Source of the DNA: an uncultured Pseudomonadota bacterium
GTDB lineage: Bacteria; Pseudomonadota; Alphaproteobacteria; Caulobacterales; Caulobacteraceae
Direction: 5' to 3'
Length of the DNA: 64,000 nucleotides
Assembly: GCA_963701905.1 (NCBI GenBank)
Contig: CAVPBP010000002.1
Coordinates: 1,516,128 to 1,580,127, forward strand
Positions within the stretch are counted from its first letter, which is position 1; every line of letters begins with the position of its first letter. Under the pieces are notes generated by a model that saw only the letters and a program-made list of their open reading frames with translations, made no database searches and was not told the DNA's origin. Below are positions 11,495 to 23,145 of the stretch, one piece after another. The position numbers and the translations under genes were made by a program.

Positions 11495-12988
11495 ATGTCG
11501 GGCGAGCGGCTCACGGAACTTGTGGCGGGCATGCCGATCCCGTTCGGCGGCGATCGGGTGACGCACGTGCCCGAGGCGCTGGCGGCCGCGTTCCGGCCGG
11601 GCGACCGGCTGATCGTGGTCCAGGAGAGCGGCGAACTGCTGCACGTGCCGGGCGAGGCGCACGAGGTGGCGTCAGCGGCGGTCACCCGGGCGGCCGAGGC
11701 GTTCGCCGTCATGGGAGGGGTCCAAGACGAGGCGATCAGCGACTTCTTTGACGTCTTCGCCAACCGACTCGAGGATGACGACAGCTGGGCGCCGATCGCC
11801 GCGGCGAACGCCTTGGATGTGGCCAGCGCCAAGGCCCGTGGCCGTTCGACGACCAGGCTCGTTGCGAGCGCGAGGATGCGCGCGGACATGATCGCCGGCC
11901 TGCGCGAGTGGCGCGACGCGCCGCCGTCGCGGGGCCGCACGGTTGAGCGGATTGAGCACGATGGCTGGAGCGTGGAACAGCTGACCGCACCGCTTGGCGT
12001 CGTCGGCTTCGTGTTCGAGGGTCGCCCGAATGTGTTCGCCGACGCCGCCGGGGTCCTGCGAGGCGGCAACACAGTGGTGTTCCGGATCGGATCGGATGCT
12101 CTCGGCACGGCTAAGGCGATTGTGAAGCATGCCCTCGCGCCCGCGCTGGAGATGGCCGATGTTCCGAACGGCGCGTGCGTGCTGGTCGAGAGCGCGGATC
12201 GCGCCGCTGGCTGGGCGCTGTTCTCTGACGCCCGGCTGGGTCTGGCTGTGGCGCGCGGCTCGGGGCAGGCGGTGGCGCAACTGGGCAGCGTCGCGCGCCA
12301 AGCCGGCGTGCCAGTCAGTCTGCACGGCACTGGCGGCGCATGGATGGTGGCGGACGAGACAGCGGTCGCCGATCGGTTCGCGGCGGCCGTCGCCGCCTCG
12401 ATCGACCGCAAGGTGTGCAACACCCTGAACGTCTGCTGCATCGTGCGATCCCGCGCGTCGGAGCTGGTTCCACTGTTGATGCAGAGCCTGGGCGGCGAGG
12501 AGAAGGCGTGGAAGCTGCACGTGGTCGACAGCGATCGCGAAGCAGTGGCGGACACGTGGTGGTCGGCCCGGACCGAGGTGCTGCGCGCCGCGGGCGCTGT
12601 GGTGGAGAAGCGGGTCGAGGCATTGCCCCTGGCCGAGCTCGGTCACGAGTGGGAATGGGAGGCGACGCCCGAAGTGACGTTGAAAATCGTCGACGACCTC
12701 GCCGACGCGATCGCGCTCTTCAACCGCTACAGCCCGCGCTTCTCCGCCTCGCTGATCTCGGAGGACGTGGTGGCGCACGAACGGTTCTATGCCGGGATCG
12801 AAGCTGGCTTCGTGGGCGACGGCATGACCCGCTGGGTCGACGGCCAGTACGCGCTCGGCCGGCCCGAGCTCGGCCTCTCCAACTGGGAACACGGTCGCCT
12901 GCTGGCGCGCGGCGGCGTGCTCAGCGGCGACTCCGTCTACACCATCCGCACCCGGATGCGGCAGGCGGACCCTGGCCTGCATCGATAG
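11495..12988 (+). CDS. Atypical long glutamate-5-semialdehyde dehydrogenase (ProA-like)
   Basis: PLGVVGFVFEGRPNV, GNTVVFRIGSDA, ARGS, KVCNTLN catalytic Cys, TRWVDG...ELGLS. Confidence 0.8.
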   Translation: MSGERLTELVAGMPIPFGGDRVTHVPEALAAAFRPGDRLIVVQESGELLHVPGEAHEVASAAVTRAAEAFAVMGGVQDEAISDFFDVFANRLEDDDSWAPIAAANALDVASAKARGRSTTRLVASARMRADMIAGLREWRDAPPSRGRTVERIEHDGWSVEQLTAPLGVVGFVFEGRPNVFADAAGVLRGGNTVVFRIGSDALGTAKAIVKHALAPALEMADVPNGACVLVESADRAAGWALFSDARLGLAVARGSGQAVAQLGSVARQAGVPVSLHGTGGAWMVADETAVADRFAAAVAASIDRKVCNTLNVCCIVRSRASELVPLLMQSLGGEEKAWKLHVVDSDREAVADTWWSARTEVLRAAGAVVEKRVEALPLAELGHEWEWEATPEVTLKIVDDLADAIALFNRYSPRFSASLISEDVVAHERFYAGIEAGFVGDGMTRWVDGQYALGRPELGLSNWEHGRLLARGGVLSGDSVYTIRTRMRQADPGLHR

Positions 12989-13049
12989 TCGGGCGCGCCC
13001 TGCAACTGCGCGCCGCCGCCGCGGGTTGAGCGCCGGGGCGGAGTCGAGC

Positions 13050-13685
13050 ATGCGCCTTGCCTTCGCGCTGGCCGCGGCGCTTCTCTTCGCGGCGTGCAGC
13101 CAGAGCCCGAGGAACGCGACCATGCCCGAACACCACCGCCAGCAGGAGCATCCCGAGCGCTCGCCCGAGGCGCTCAGCCTGGAGCGCATCACCCCGCGCG
13201 AGCCCGGCGCGCCCCTCGAACTGCTCTCCGACGCGTTGGATACGAACGGCGCCATCGACCTGCGCCACACCGCCTACGGGAACAACCTGTCGCCGCGCCT
13301 GACCTGGACGCCGGTGGCGGGCGCGGGCGCCTACGCCATCATCGTCGAGGACCCGGACGCGCCGAGAGAGACGCCGTTCGTGCACTGGATGATCTGGAAC
13401 ATCCCCGGCGACGTCGACTGGCTGCCCGAGGGCATCGCCAACAGCGCGGGCCCGGTCACCCCGCAGGGCGCCGTGCAGGGCAAGAACGACAACGGCTCCT
13501 ACGGCTACTTCGGCCCGCGCCCGCCGGCCGGCGCCGGCGTCCACCATTACCACTTCCAGATCTTCGCCCTCGACAGCCCGCTTACCCTGCACGCCGACGC
13601 CGACCTCCGCGCCCTGGTGGGCGCCCTGCAGGGCCGCGTCATCGCCAGCGGCGAACTGGTGGGGACGTACGCGGCGCCGGAGTAG
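13050..13685 (+). CDS. YbhB/YbcL (PEBP/Raf kinase inhibitor-like) lipoprotein
   Basis: Lipobox LFAAC; EDPDAP, FVHW, GPRPP...HHYHFQIFALD. Confidence 0.9.
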   Translation: MRLAFALAAALLFAACSQSPRNATMPEHHRQQEHPERSPEALSLERITPREPGAPLELLSDALDTNGAIDLRHTAYGNNLSPRLTWTPVAGAGAYAIIVEDPDAPRETPFVHWMIWNIPGDVDWLPEGIANSAGPVTPQGAVQGKNDNGSYGYFGPRPPAGAGVHHYHFQIFALDSPLTLHADADLRALVGALQGRVIASGELVGTYAAPE

Positions 13686-13748
13686 ACGGTCCGGGTTGGT
13701 GTTGTTGGGGGTTGGCGTGCGTGCTTTTCCTGCTTCCTCTTTGCCGCC

Positions 13749-14598
13749 CTACGGCAGCCCCGCCCCCGCCACATCCACCCGCACCGCCTCGATCCGCCCC
13801 GTGCGGTTGGCGGCGCACTCGGCAGGGACCGAGCTGGCGGCGGTGAGCAGGTAAAGCATCTTGCCGTCCGCGCCGCCGAGCATGCAGGCGTAGACGCCCT
13901 TGGTCGGCGGTGATGCGTTCCTTGACCTCGCCGCCTTCGGCGAGGCGGATCACGTCGTTGGAGGTCGGCGAGGCGACCCAGATCGCGCCCTCCGCGTCGA
14001 GGCAGCAGCCGTCGGGCACCGCGCCCTGCGGCAGCGCCGCCCAGACGCGGCGGTTCGAGAGGCCGCCGTCCGCCGCGATGTCGTAGGCGGTCATTCGCGC
14101 GGCGAAGGTCTCGCCGACCACCAGCGTCTTGCCGTCCGGCGTGATCACCGTGCCGTTCGGGAAGATCAGCTCGTCGGCGGCCTCGACCACCCGCCCATCC
14201 GGATCGGCCCTCGCCATCCGCGCCGGCTTGACGTCGCCGCCGGGGTAGCCCTCGCCGAAGTTGCCGACGTAGGCGCGGCCGGCCGCGTCGACCACCATGT
14301 CGTTGCAATTGCCGGTGGCGACGCCCGACAGGTCCGCGTGGGTGACCGCGGTCCCGTCCGGTTCGATGCGAATGAGCCGGCGATCGTTCATCGACACCAC
14401 CAGCATCCGCCCGTCCGGCAGCCAGCCGAGGCCCGACACCGGCCCCGGCGCGGCGAACACCGTCTCGCGCGACCCATCCGGCGCCATGGCGACCACCTCG
14501 TGAGCGTGCATGTCGGAGAACCACAGCCGCCCACCCCGCCAGCGCGGCCCCTCAGGAAACGCCAGCCCGTCCAGCAGCGTCTTCAACGTGCGCGCCAT
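13749..14598 (-). CDS. SMP-30/gluconolactonase family protein; frameshift near 13900
   Basis: FPEGPRW, CNDMVVD, FPNG, PDGCCLDAEG; C-terminus RIEAVRVDVAGAGLP* in another frame. Confidence 0.88.
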
Positions 14599-14744
14599 GC
14601 CTCGTCCTCCCTCAGCTTGTTCGCCCGACCATTGACCGGCGGCGCCCGACCTCGCAAGCCCGCATCGCGCTTTGACGCCGCGGCGCCGTAGGCCGGCGCG
14701 CGGTTAGCCGCTATCGTCGCGCCGGCACCTCAGGAGACGAGCAC

Positions 14745-15997
14745 ATGGACGGCGAAACGGGCGTCATCGAAGGCGTGGACCAGGCGGCGCTGGCGCAGGT
14801 CGCGCCGGCCTTGCAGGGCGTGATCGACGCCGGCGACCTCTCCGGCGCGGTGACGCTGATCTGGCGCGGCGGCCAGGAGCTGCAGTTCCTGGCGCTCGGC
14901 CAGCGCGACATCGAGGCGGGCCTGCCGATGACCCGCGACACCATCTTCCGCATCGCCTCGATGACCAAGCCGATCACCTCGGTGGCGGCGCTGATGCTGA
15001 TGGAGGAAGGCAAGCTGCGGCTCGACGACCCGATCACCCGGTGGATGCCCGAGTTCGCGAACATGCAGGTGCTGAAGAGCGCCACCGGGCCGGTGGAGGA
15101 CACCTACCCGGCCCCGCGCGACATCACGGTGGAAGACCTCTTCACCCACCGCGCCGGCCTCGCCTACGGTTTCACGTCGATCGGGCCGATCGCCTACGCC
15201 CACCAGAAGGCGCTGGGCGACGTGCTCTCGCAGGAGATGGGGCCGGACCCTGGCTGGCGGCGCTGGGCGGCCTGCCGCTCAGCTACCCGCCCGGCGAGCG
15301 CTTCCACTACAGCCACGCCACCGACGTGCTGGGCTTCCTGGTCGGCCGCGTCGAGGGCAAGCCGTTCCGCGACGTGCTGTTCGAGCGCATCTTCAATCCG
15401 CTCGGCATGGCCGACACCGACTTCTACTTCCCGCCGGAGAAGCGCGGCCGCGCCGCCAAGGTCTACCGCCTGAAGGACGACTTCAGCGCCCTGGAAGAGG
15501 CGCCGTTCGCGCGCCACGACACGCCGCCGGGCTTCTGCGGCGGCGGCGGCGGGCTGGTCTCGACGCTCGACGACTACCTGAAGTTCGCCCGCATGCTGCT
15601 GGGGAACGGCGAGGTCGACGGCGTGCGGCTCCTGAAGCCCGAGACCGTCGAGCTGATGCGGACCAACCGGCTCACCGACGCGCAGCGCGAGATCCCCTTC
15701 ATGGGCATTCCGTTCTGGGCCGGCCAGGGCTTCGGGCTCGGCCTTTCGATGGTCATGGACCCCGAGAAGCAGGCCTGGATGGGCGCCGGCAACAAGGGCG
15801 CGTTCGGCTGGCCGGGCGCGTTCGGCACCTGGTGGCAGGCGGACCCGCAGAGCGGGCTGATCCTGATCTACATGATCCAGAACTCGATGCCGCTCGGCCC
15901 CGAAGCCGCCGCCCAACTGGCCACCGGCCAGCGCATGGGCGCGAGGGTGGCGCTGCCGGTGTTCCAGAAGACCGCCTACGCGGCGATCGGGGGTTAG
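14745..15997 (+). CDS. Serine hydrolase, beta-lactamase/EstB family; frameshift near 15250
   Basis: SMTK nucleophile motif, LFTHRAG, FHYSH, GGGGLVST, FGWPG. Confidence 0.88.
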
Positions 15998-16004
15998 GGT
16001 TCTC

Positions 16005-16180
16005 GAACCACGCAAACCACGAACGCCCACCCTCACCCGCTTGTCATCCCGGAGAGCCGCGAAGCGGACTCGTCCGGGATCTACTGAGCGCCGCCGTTGG
16101 AAGCAGATCCCGGACAGCTCGCTGGCGCGAGCTTCCGGGATGACACTTATTGTTCGTGCTTTTCGTGTTTTTCGTGGTTC
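16005..16180. repeat. Nested palindromic intergenic repeats (REP/MITE-like)
   Basis: Inner element TGTCATCCCGGA (16042)...TCCGGGATGACA (16145) with two internal hairpins; outer arms GAACCACG...CGTGGTTC with 9-bp-periodic TTCGTG units. Confidence 0.75.
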
Positions 16181-16231
16181 AAACAAGCCTAGGCGCCCGG
16201 CGTCGCGGGGAAGCGCGGAGTTTTAGTGAAA

Positions 16232-17651
<1,420 letters not shown>

Positions 17652-17681
17652 CCGTTCGTGGTTCAGTCTTCCCCGGCGGAC

Positions 17682-19332
17682 CTACGGGAAGTGGGGAATG
17701 CCGAACGGGAGGGAAGGCATGGACGGGCGCGACGGGGACGAGCTCTGCCCGCTCGCGTCGGCCTTCTTGCCGGCCGCCAGGTTGCAGTCCTTGGTCAGCG
17801 CCGGGTTCTGGTAGCTGACGCACCGCTCGTAGTACTCGTCCGCCCCGCTCTGGTCGCCGGACTGGCGCGCGATGCCGATCTGCAGCGCGATGAACGGCTT
17901 GTCGTCGTTGCCGAACCTGGCGATGCCGGCCTGGGCGACCGACATCGCCCGCTCGTTCTGCTGCACCCTGAACAGCATCCGCACGTGGTCGACGTAGCCG
18001 TCGACGGTCTGGTCGGCGCTGGCGTTGGCCTGATCGAACAGCCGCTCGGCGCCGGCGGTGTCGCCCATGTCGTCGTGCAGGCGGGCCGCCTCGTTCAGCA
18101 CCAGCGGCGAGCCCCCGAACTTGGTCGCCTGCGCGCGCTGGATGGCCTCCTGCGCGTCCGGATAGTGGCCGGCGGCGCGCGCCCGCTTGGCGTCGGAGAC
18201 GGCCGCGACAGCCGCCTTCGCCTGGACGTACTCCGGCGCCGCGCGGACGCCGGTCAGCCAGACGTGCTGCTCGTCCCGCAGCGGCGCGCCTTCGGGGTAG
18301 GCGTCGGCGGAGTACTGCGCCATGCCTTTCTTGCGTTCTTCCGGCGGCCGGTGCTGGGGCGGCGGCTGGGCCGCGTGGGCGGCCGCCATGCCGATCGCCA
18401 GCTGCGCGCCGTTCTCCATCAGGCCGGAGCGCAGGCCGGACGCGCCGCCCATCACCATGGAGACCGCCGAGCCGTTCTTCAGCGCATTGCCCAGTTGCGC
18501 CTTCAGCTGCGTACCCAGCGTGTCGATCACCGCCTGGTGGCGCTGCTGGTCGGCGACGATGGTGTCGAACACCTTGGCCGACGCCGAGTTCGGCCGCATA
18601 GGACGCCGACTCGGAAAGGTCGTAGCCGATGCAGTCCGCCTCGTCCTCCTGCGCCCGGGTGTGATCCGGCTCGATCATCACGTTGGAGAGGAAGTGGATG
18701 AAGTCGTTGGTCGCGCCGGCCTGGATGGCGGCTGCGGCCACGCTGCTGTGGGCCCCGGCGGCCGACATGGCCGCGTCGGCGACGAAGAGGGCGCCCATGC
18801 GGCTGGCCAGCGCCGGCTTCAGGCGCTCGGGCGCCTGGGCGGCGAAGTGGCCGAGCCGCACGTGGCCGAGCTCGTGGGCCAGCACGAACGCCACCTCGTC
18901 GTCCGACATCGCCTGGTCCAGCAGGCCGAACGCCACCACGATCGAGCCGTCCGGCAGCGAATAGGCGTTGTAGTAGTCGACGCCCAGGATGTGCACCTGC
19001 AGCGGCTGGCCCCTGGTGTAGGGCCAGTGCGCGTCGATCCGCGCGAGCAGCGCGGCGACCTTGGCTTCGGTCTGCGGCATGCGGATGCGGGCGGTCTGAT
19101 AGCGGCCGAGGCTGACCGAGTCGGTGAGGCCCATCGAGCCGCCGCCGCGGCCGCCGCCGCCGAGGCCCGGCCGCCCGGCGACCTGCTTGACGAACGGGCC
19201 GGGCTTGCCGCTGACCGAGTAGCCGTTGGGCGAAGACGAAGCGGTGGCGGCGCGCGGACGGCCGCCCCCGGCGGCCGTCGCGGCGGCGGCGGCCAGGGCG
19301 CCGAGCCCTACCGCCCTGCGAGTGGGCTTCAT
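17682..19332 (-). CDS. Tat-exported M48 family zinc metalloprotease with a helical/TPR-like C-terminal half; frameshift near 18590
   Basis: TRRAVGLG twin-arginine signal; NAYSLPDG, AFVLAHELGH, QEDEAD; continues in ORF 17682..18599. Confidence 0.85.
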
Positions 19333-19697
19333 TGGCTCTTGCAGTCCGATGCGCCGCCAAGGCCCATGTTGGTGGCGGCGTAGGAGCTGCCGGACGCGCG
19401 GGCCGCGGTCTGCACCGGCTTGCAGGTGGCGTTGACGCCGGTGGTCTGCACGTCGAGCCCGCGCAGGAACACGACCTTGCCGCCCTGCTTGATGCCGACG
19501 CTGCCGCCCATGCCCATCGCCACGATCGGCGCGGGCACCTTCACGGCGCTGGCGTCGAGCGTGCCGGCCGGCTGGCCGTGCGCGTCGAAGACGTGAACCG
19601 TCGGACGCAGGATCTTGGTCACCGTGCCGGCCAGAGCGGCCGCCGGCAGCACGATCGCCAGCACGAGGACTAGCGAAGCAAAACTAGCTTTGAACAT
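19329..19697 (-). CDS. Small secreted protein with a C-terminal Cys-closed loop, function unknown
   Basis: Sec signal ending AALA; beta-rich core; CKPVQ...MGLGGASDC; overlaps both neighbouring genes. Confidence 0.8.
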   Translation of the reverse strand: MFKASFASLVLVLAIVLPAAALAGTVTKILRPTVHVFDAHGQPAGTLDASAVKVPAPIVAMGMGGSVGIKQGGKVVFLRGLDVQTTGVNATCKPVQTAARASGSSYAATNMGLGGASDCKSQ

Positions 19698-21428
19698 GGG
19701 CAGGCGCCTCCTCAGGGCTGCTTTGGGTGGGCGCCTGAACTGGCGGCGCGTCCCCCTTCTCAGGCTGTGGCTCAGGCCGCGCAGCGCGGCGAGTCACCAG
19801 CCGGTCCTCCTCGAACTTCAGATGGTGACGGAAAAGTCGAAGCGCCGCCATGCCCCGTTGCACCCAGCGCAGATGTTCGACCGAGCCCAGGATGTCGGCC
19901 GGCAGCGTCTCGCGGGTCGCGTAGAACAGGAACCCCAGCACGCAGGCGGTAATGCCGATCCAGTTGATCGGCGAGCGGTGGGCGTAGGCGACGCCGAACC
20001 AGGTCGCCAGCAAGACGACGCCGATCGAGGCCCCGAAGATGCAGAAATAGAGCGGCGCGTAGACCCGCGCGCGCAGCTTCTGCTCCGCCCGCGTCTCGAT
20101 CGCATGGTCCAAGAGGCTGTTGCGCGCCATCACTCCCATGACGCCGCAGAACGCCAGCGCGGCGATCAAGAGGCTCTTCAGCATGTCGGAGTCGAGCACC
20201 TGATTGCCGCTGCGCCGATAGTCGGCGCCGTCCTCGACAAGGTTGTCGATCGCCATGGCGTGGTAGTGGACGCCCGGCGCCTCGCCGTGCACCGGCGACT
20301 CCACCCAGTCGTTGGAGGCGCGGAACTGGCCGCCGAGCAGCACCAGCTTGCCGGCCAGCAGGCGCTGCAGGTCGCTCTGCTGCAGCCCTAAGCCCGCGAC
20401 GATGCGGTCGTAGCCCAGCGTCAACGCGTAGGGACACTCCTGGCGCGCGCCCGAAGGAGGTCCGCGCACGCTCGCCAACTGCTCGCCGAGCCGGGTGATC
20501 CAGCCGCCGCTCTGGCCCCGGCAGGGCGCGTCCCGGCCGGTCACGTCCTTGGTCATCGCCAGGTAGTCCGGATCGGGCCGCGAGCCCCAGACCACGTCGA
20601 GCGGCGCATTGAACGTCTGCGTCACGTCGACGGGCGCCAGCGGCCGGCCGGCCAGCGCCGCCTTGGCGCGGCTCTTCAGCGCCGCGAAGTCGGCGATCCC
20701 GCAGGTTCCCGGCTGGCGCAGGCACCAGGCCGCATAGAGCGCCAGCGCCGGCGAGACGTCGAAGCCGTGCACGCCGCGCGAGCGCGCCGTCGCCGCATCC
20801 AGCGAATAGGTGACCACCATCGGATAGGCGCGCAGGTTGACCAGCGCCGGGGCCAGCACGGCGACCGCGTCCAGCTGGCGCTGCACGTCGGTGAAGACGT
20901 CGACCTCGTCCGGCGACGGCTTGGCGAAGATCATCGGCGTCCCACCGGTCGCCTCGATGCAGGCGATCTTGGTCAGCGGATCCGCCTGGCAGCCCGGCGC
21001 GCCCTGCCAGGCCGCCGCGTTGGTGTCCTTGGCGATGCCGGCCAGGAAGCCCGGCCAGCCTTCGTTCGGACCGCCCTCGCCGGTGTAGACGTAGTCGGCG
21101 TAGACCGCCGCCGGCGGCGCGCCGCCGACGCTCATCACGTCGTCGAACATCTGACCCTGCTGGTCGTAGGTCGGCGGAAAGCGGTTCCAGCCGACGCCCT
21201 TCATCGCCTCCATCGAGCCTTCGTCGAGGTAGACGACGCTGATCAGCGCGCTGGCCCTTGCGGTCGGCGCCGTAGTCCGCCGCGGTGATGCGCTGATAGA
21301 CGCCGTCGGCCAGGTCGTCGGAGGCCGAACTCCAGTCCGAACAGGTTGAGCTTGGCGACCGCGTAGGCCGAGCCGGCCAGCAGCAGGCTGACCAGCAGAG
21401 CCTTCAATATCCGTGCGGCGACGTTCAA
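19684..21428 (-). CDS. CHASE2-domain membrane protein with no cytoplasmic output domain; frameshifts near 21250 and 21330
   Basis: N-terminal TM; ISVVYLDEGS...W..FP; GKLVLLGG...D.VESPVHGEAPGVHYHAMAIDNL; three C-terminal TM helices followed by a short tail. Confidence 0.82.
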
Positions 21429-21514
21429 ACCTCGAACTCCCCGTCCGCGAAAGGAGCTTTTCGTCCGGCGGCGGTCAAGTCAAGCGCACCCAGGCGGGGC
21501 CGCCGGCGGCCGGT

Positions 21515-21925
21515 CTAATGACGCGCCGGGGGCGGCGAGACGGCGACGCGGTAGAGCCGCCCGCTCGCAGTGACGCCGGCGCCGTCCCAGCGCCAGTAGA
21601 CGCTGCTTGCCGAGGGCTGCACGGTGATCGTCCCGCCGCCGAGGCAGCCCTGGCCGTGGCTGACGGTCTCCCGATAGACGTAGCCTGCGGCGCTGCGGCT
21701 CACGAAGGCGACGTCCCCGCCGCACTCCAGGGTCGGATAGTCCATCGTGCCGGCGTCGCCGTTCAAGGTGAGCGAGGCCACGTACTGCAGCGGCTTCACG
21801 CCGGGCCCGCTCTGGCCGACGACGCCGCTCCAGTGGCCGGTGAGGCTCTGTGTCGGGGCTGCGCCGGCTGCCGTCGCGAGCGCGAGGATCGCCGCCAGGG
21901 AGACTGTCGATAGCGCCTTGGGCAT
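21515..21925 (-). CDS. Small secreted beta-rich protein, function unknown
   Basis: Signal peptide; LTGHWSG; YPTLECGG and GCLGGG Cys pair. Confidence 0.75.
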   Translation of the reverse strand: MPKALSTVSLAAILALATAAGAAPTQSLTGHWSGVVGQSGPGVKPLQYVASLTLNGDAGTMDYPTLECGGDVAFVSRSAAGYVYRETVSHGQGCLGGGTITVQPSASSVYWRWDGAGVTASGRLYRVAVSPPPARH

Positions 21926-22179
21926 GAGCCTCGCCCCCCGCCGCCGCGATCAGCGCCGCGTTCTCCTGCGAGCTTAGCACGATGCGCGGACGGCGCAGAG
22001 CCCTGGCGCCGCGAGCACATCGGCCGCGCGCCACCCCCCGTCGGGTTTCACCAATATGCCCGTATAGGGTGTTTCACTATTGAAAAGCTTGACCGCCAGG
22101 CGGAAGATTGCACACCGGCGGTCACTTCCGGCCGCCAACGCGGCTCTGCGCCGCTAGCCTCCAGACCCGGAGCGCGCCG

Positions 22180-22389
22180 ATGAAAGCCCTCCTCGCCTCG
22201 CTGGCCGCCGTCGCCCTGTTCGGCGCGACCGCCGCGAGCGCCGCCGCCACCACCCACTACGACGAGAATGGCGTGAAGTACTCCTACACGCACGCCGGCC
22301 ATCACTATAAGTATAGGTACCACGGAGAGTACTACAATCACCGCTCCTGTCGGTGGCACCACTCGCACAGGGCGTGCAAGTACTGGTGA
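22180..22389 (+). CDS. 69-aa secreted His/Tyr-rich protein
   Basis: GGAG RBS; signal peptide; HYDENGVKYSYTHAGHHYKYRYHGEYYNHRSCRWHHSHRACKYW. Confidence 0.75.
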   Translation: MKALLASLAAVALFGATAASAAATTHYDENGVKYSYTHAGHHYKYRYHGEYYNHRSCRWHHSHRACKYW

Positions 22390-22398
22390 TCGCTGCGC

Positions 22399-23145
22399 TC
22401 AGCCGGCGGTAGCGGCGGCGAAGGCCTTCTGGAAGCCGGCCAGGTCGGCCGGATCCACGTCCGAGACCGCCCAGAACACCAGGCCGCCGCGGCCCCAGCG
22501 CACCAGGCTGTAACCCTCTTTGCGTTCCGCCCGCGCCTCGGCCGGCGCCTCGCCTGGCCAGATGAAGAGGTTGATCGTGTGGGCGCGGCGATGGAACACC
22601 AGCGCCGCCACGCGTCGCCCGTCCACCCGGTCGAGCCTCCCGCCGACCAGTGGGTAGCCTTGCGGCGCGAGGTCGACCACAGGGGGGGCGAAATCGACCT
22701 TGCCGTTGAACCACGGCTTCACCGTATGGCGGTCGGAGGTCTGCACATCGACGAGGTGCTGCGCCTCCAGCGAACGCGCCTGGGCGTCGACCAATTGGCC
22801 TTCCAGGCTCTGGCCGGGGGGAATGAGCAGGAAGAGCGCCAGGCTGGCGGCCAGCGCTCCGATCGCGCCGGTCGCGGCCCAGGTCTCGGCGACGAAGCGA
22901 CGGCGGGGCGGCGGCGCGGTAGCCTCAGCCAGCGCGGCGTCCAGGCGGGCGTGGAGGCTCGCCGGCGCGGCATAGCCGAGCGGCTGCGCGGCCAGGCGCG
23001 CCTTCACCTCGCGGATCGCGGCGAGCTCGGCGGCGCAGGCAGCGCAGCTGGCGACGTGCGCTTCCAGCGCCACGGTGTTGCCGGCGTCGAGCTCGTCATC
23101 GACGAGGGCGTGGAGCAGCAACTCCTTGTCGGGGCAGGCGCTCAC
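22399..23145 (-). CDS. Zinc-binding anti-sigma factor (zf-HC2) with TM and periplasmic domain
   Basis: HVASCAAC (HxxxCxxC); SDRHTVKPWFNGK, LVGGRLD, FWAVSD. Confidence 0.9.
   Translation of the reverse strand: MSACPDKELLLHALVDDELDAGNTVALEAHVASCAACAAELAAIREVKARLAAQPLGYAAPASLHARLDAALAEATAPPPRRRFVAETWAATGAIGALAASLALFLLIPPGQSLEGQLVDAQARSLEAQHLVDVQTSDRHTVKPWFNGKVDFAPPVVDLAPQGYPLVGGRLDRVDGRRVAALVFHRRAHTINLFIWPGEAPAEARAERKEGYSLVRWGRGGLVFWAVSDVDPADLAGFQKAFAAATAG

Noticed and set aside
13686-13748. G/T-rich then pyrimidine-rich stretch between convergent genes as a terminator or sRNA
   Set aside because: No convincing stem-loop; too short to support a call
16005-16180. CRISPR array or tRNA
   Set aside because: Repeats are inverted and nested with no repeat-spacer periodicity, no cas genes and no cloverleaf
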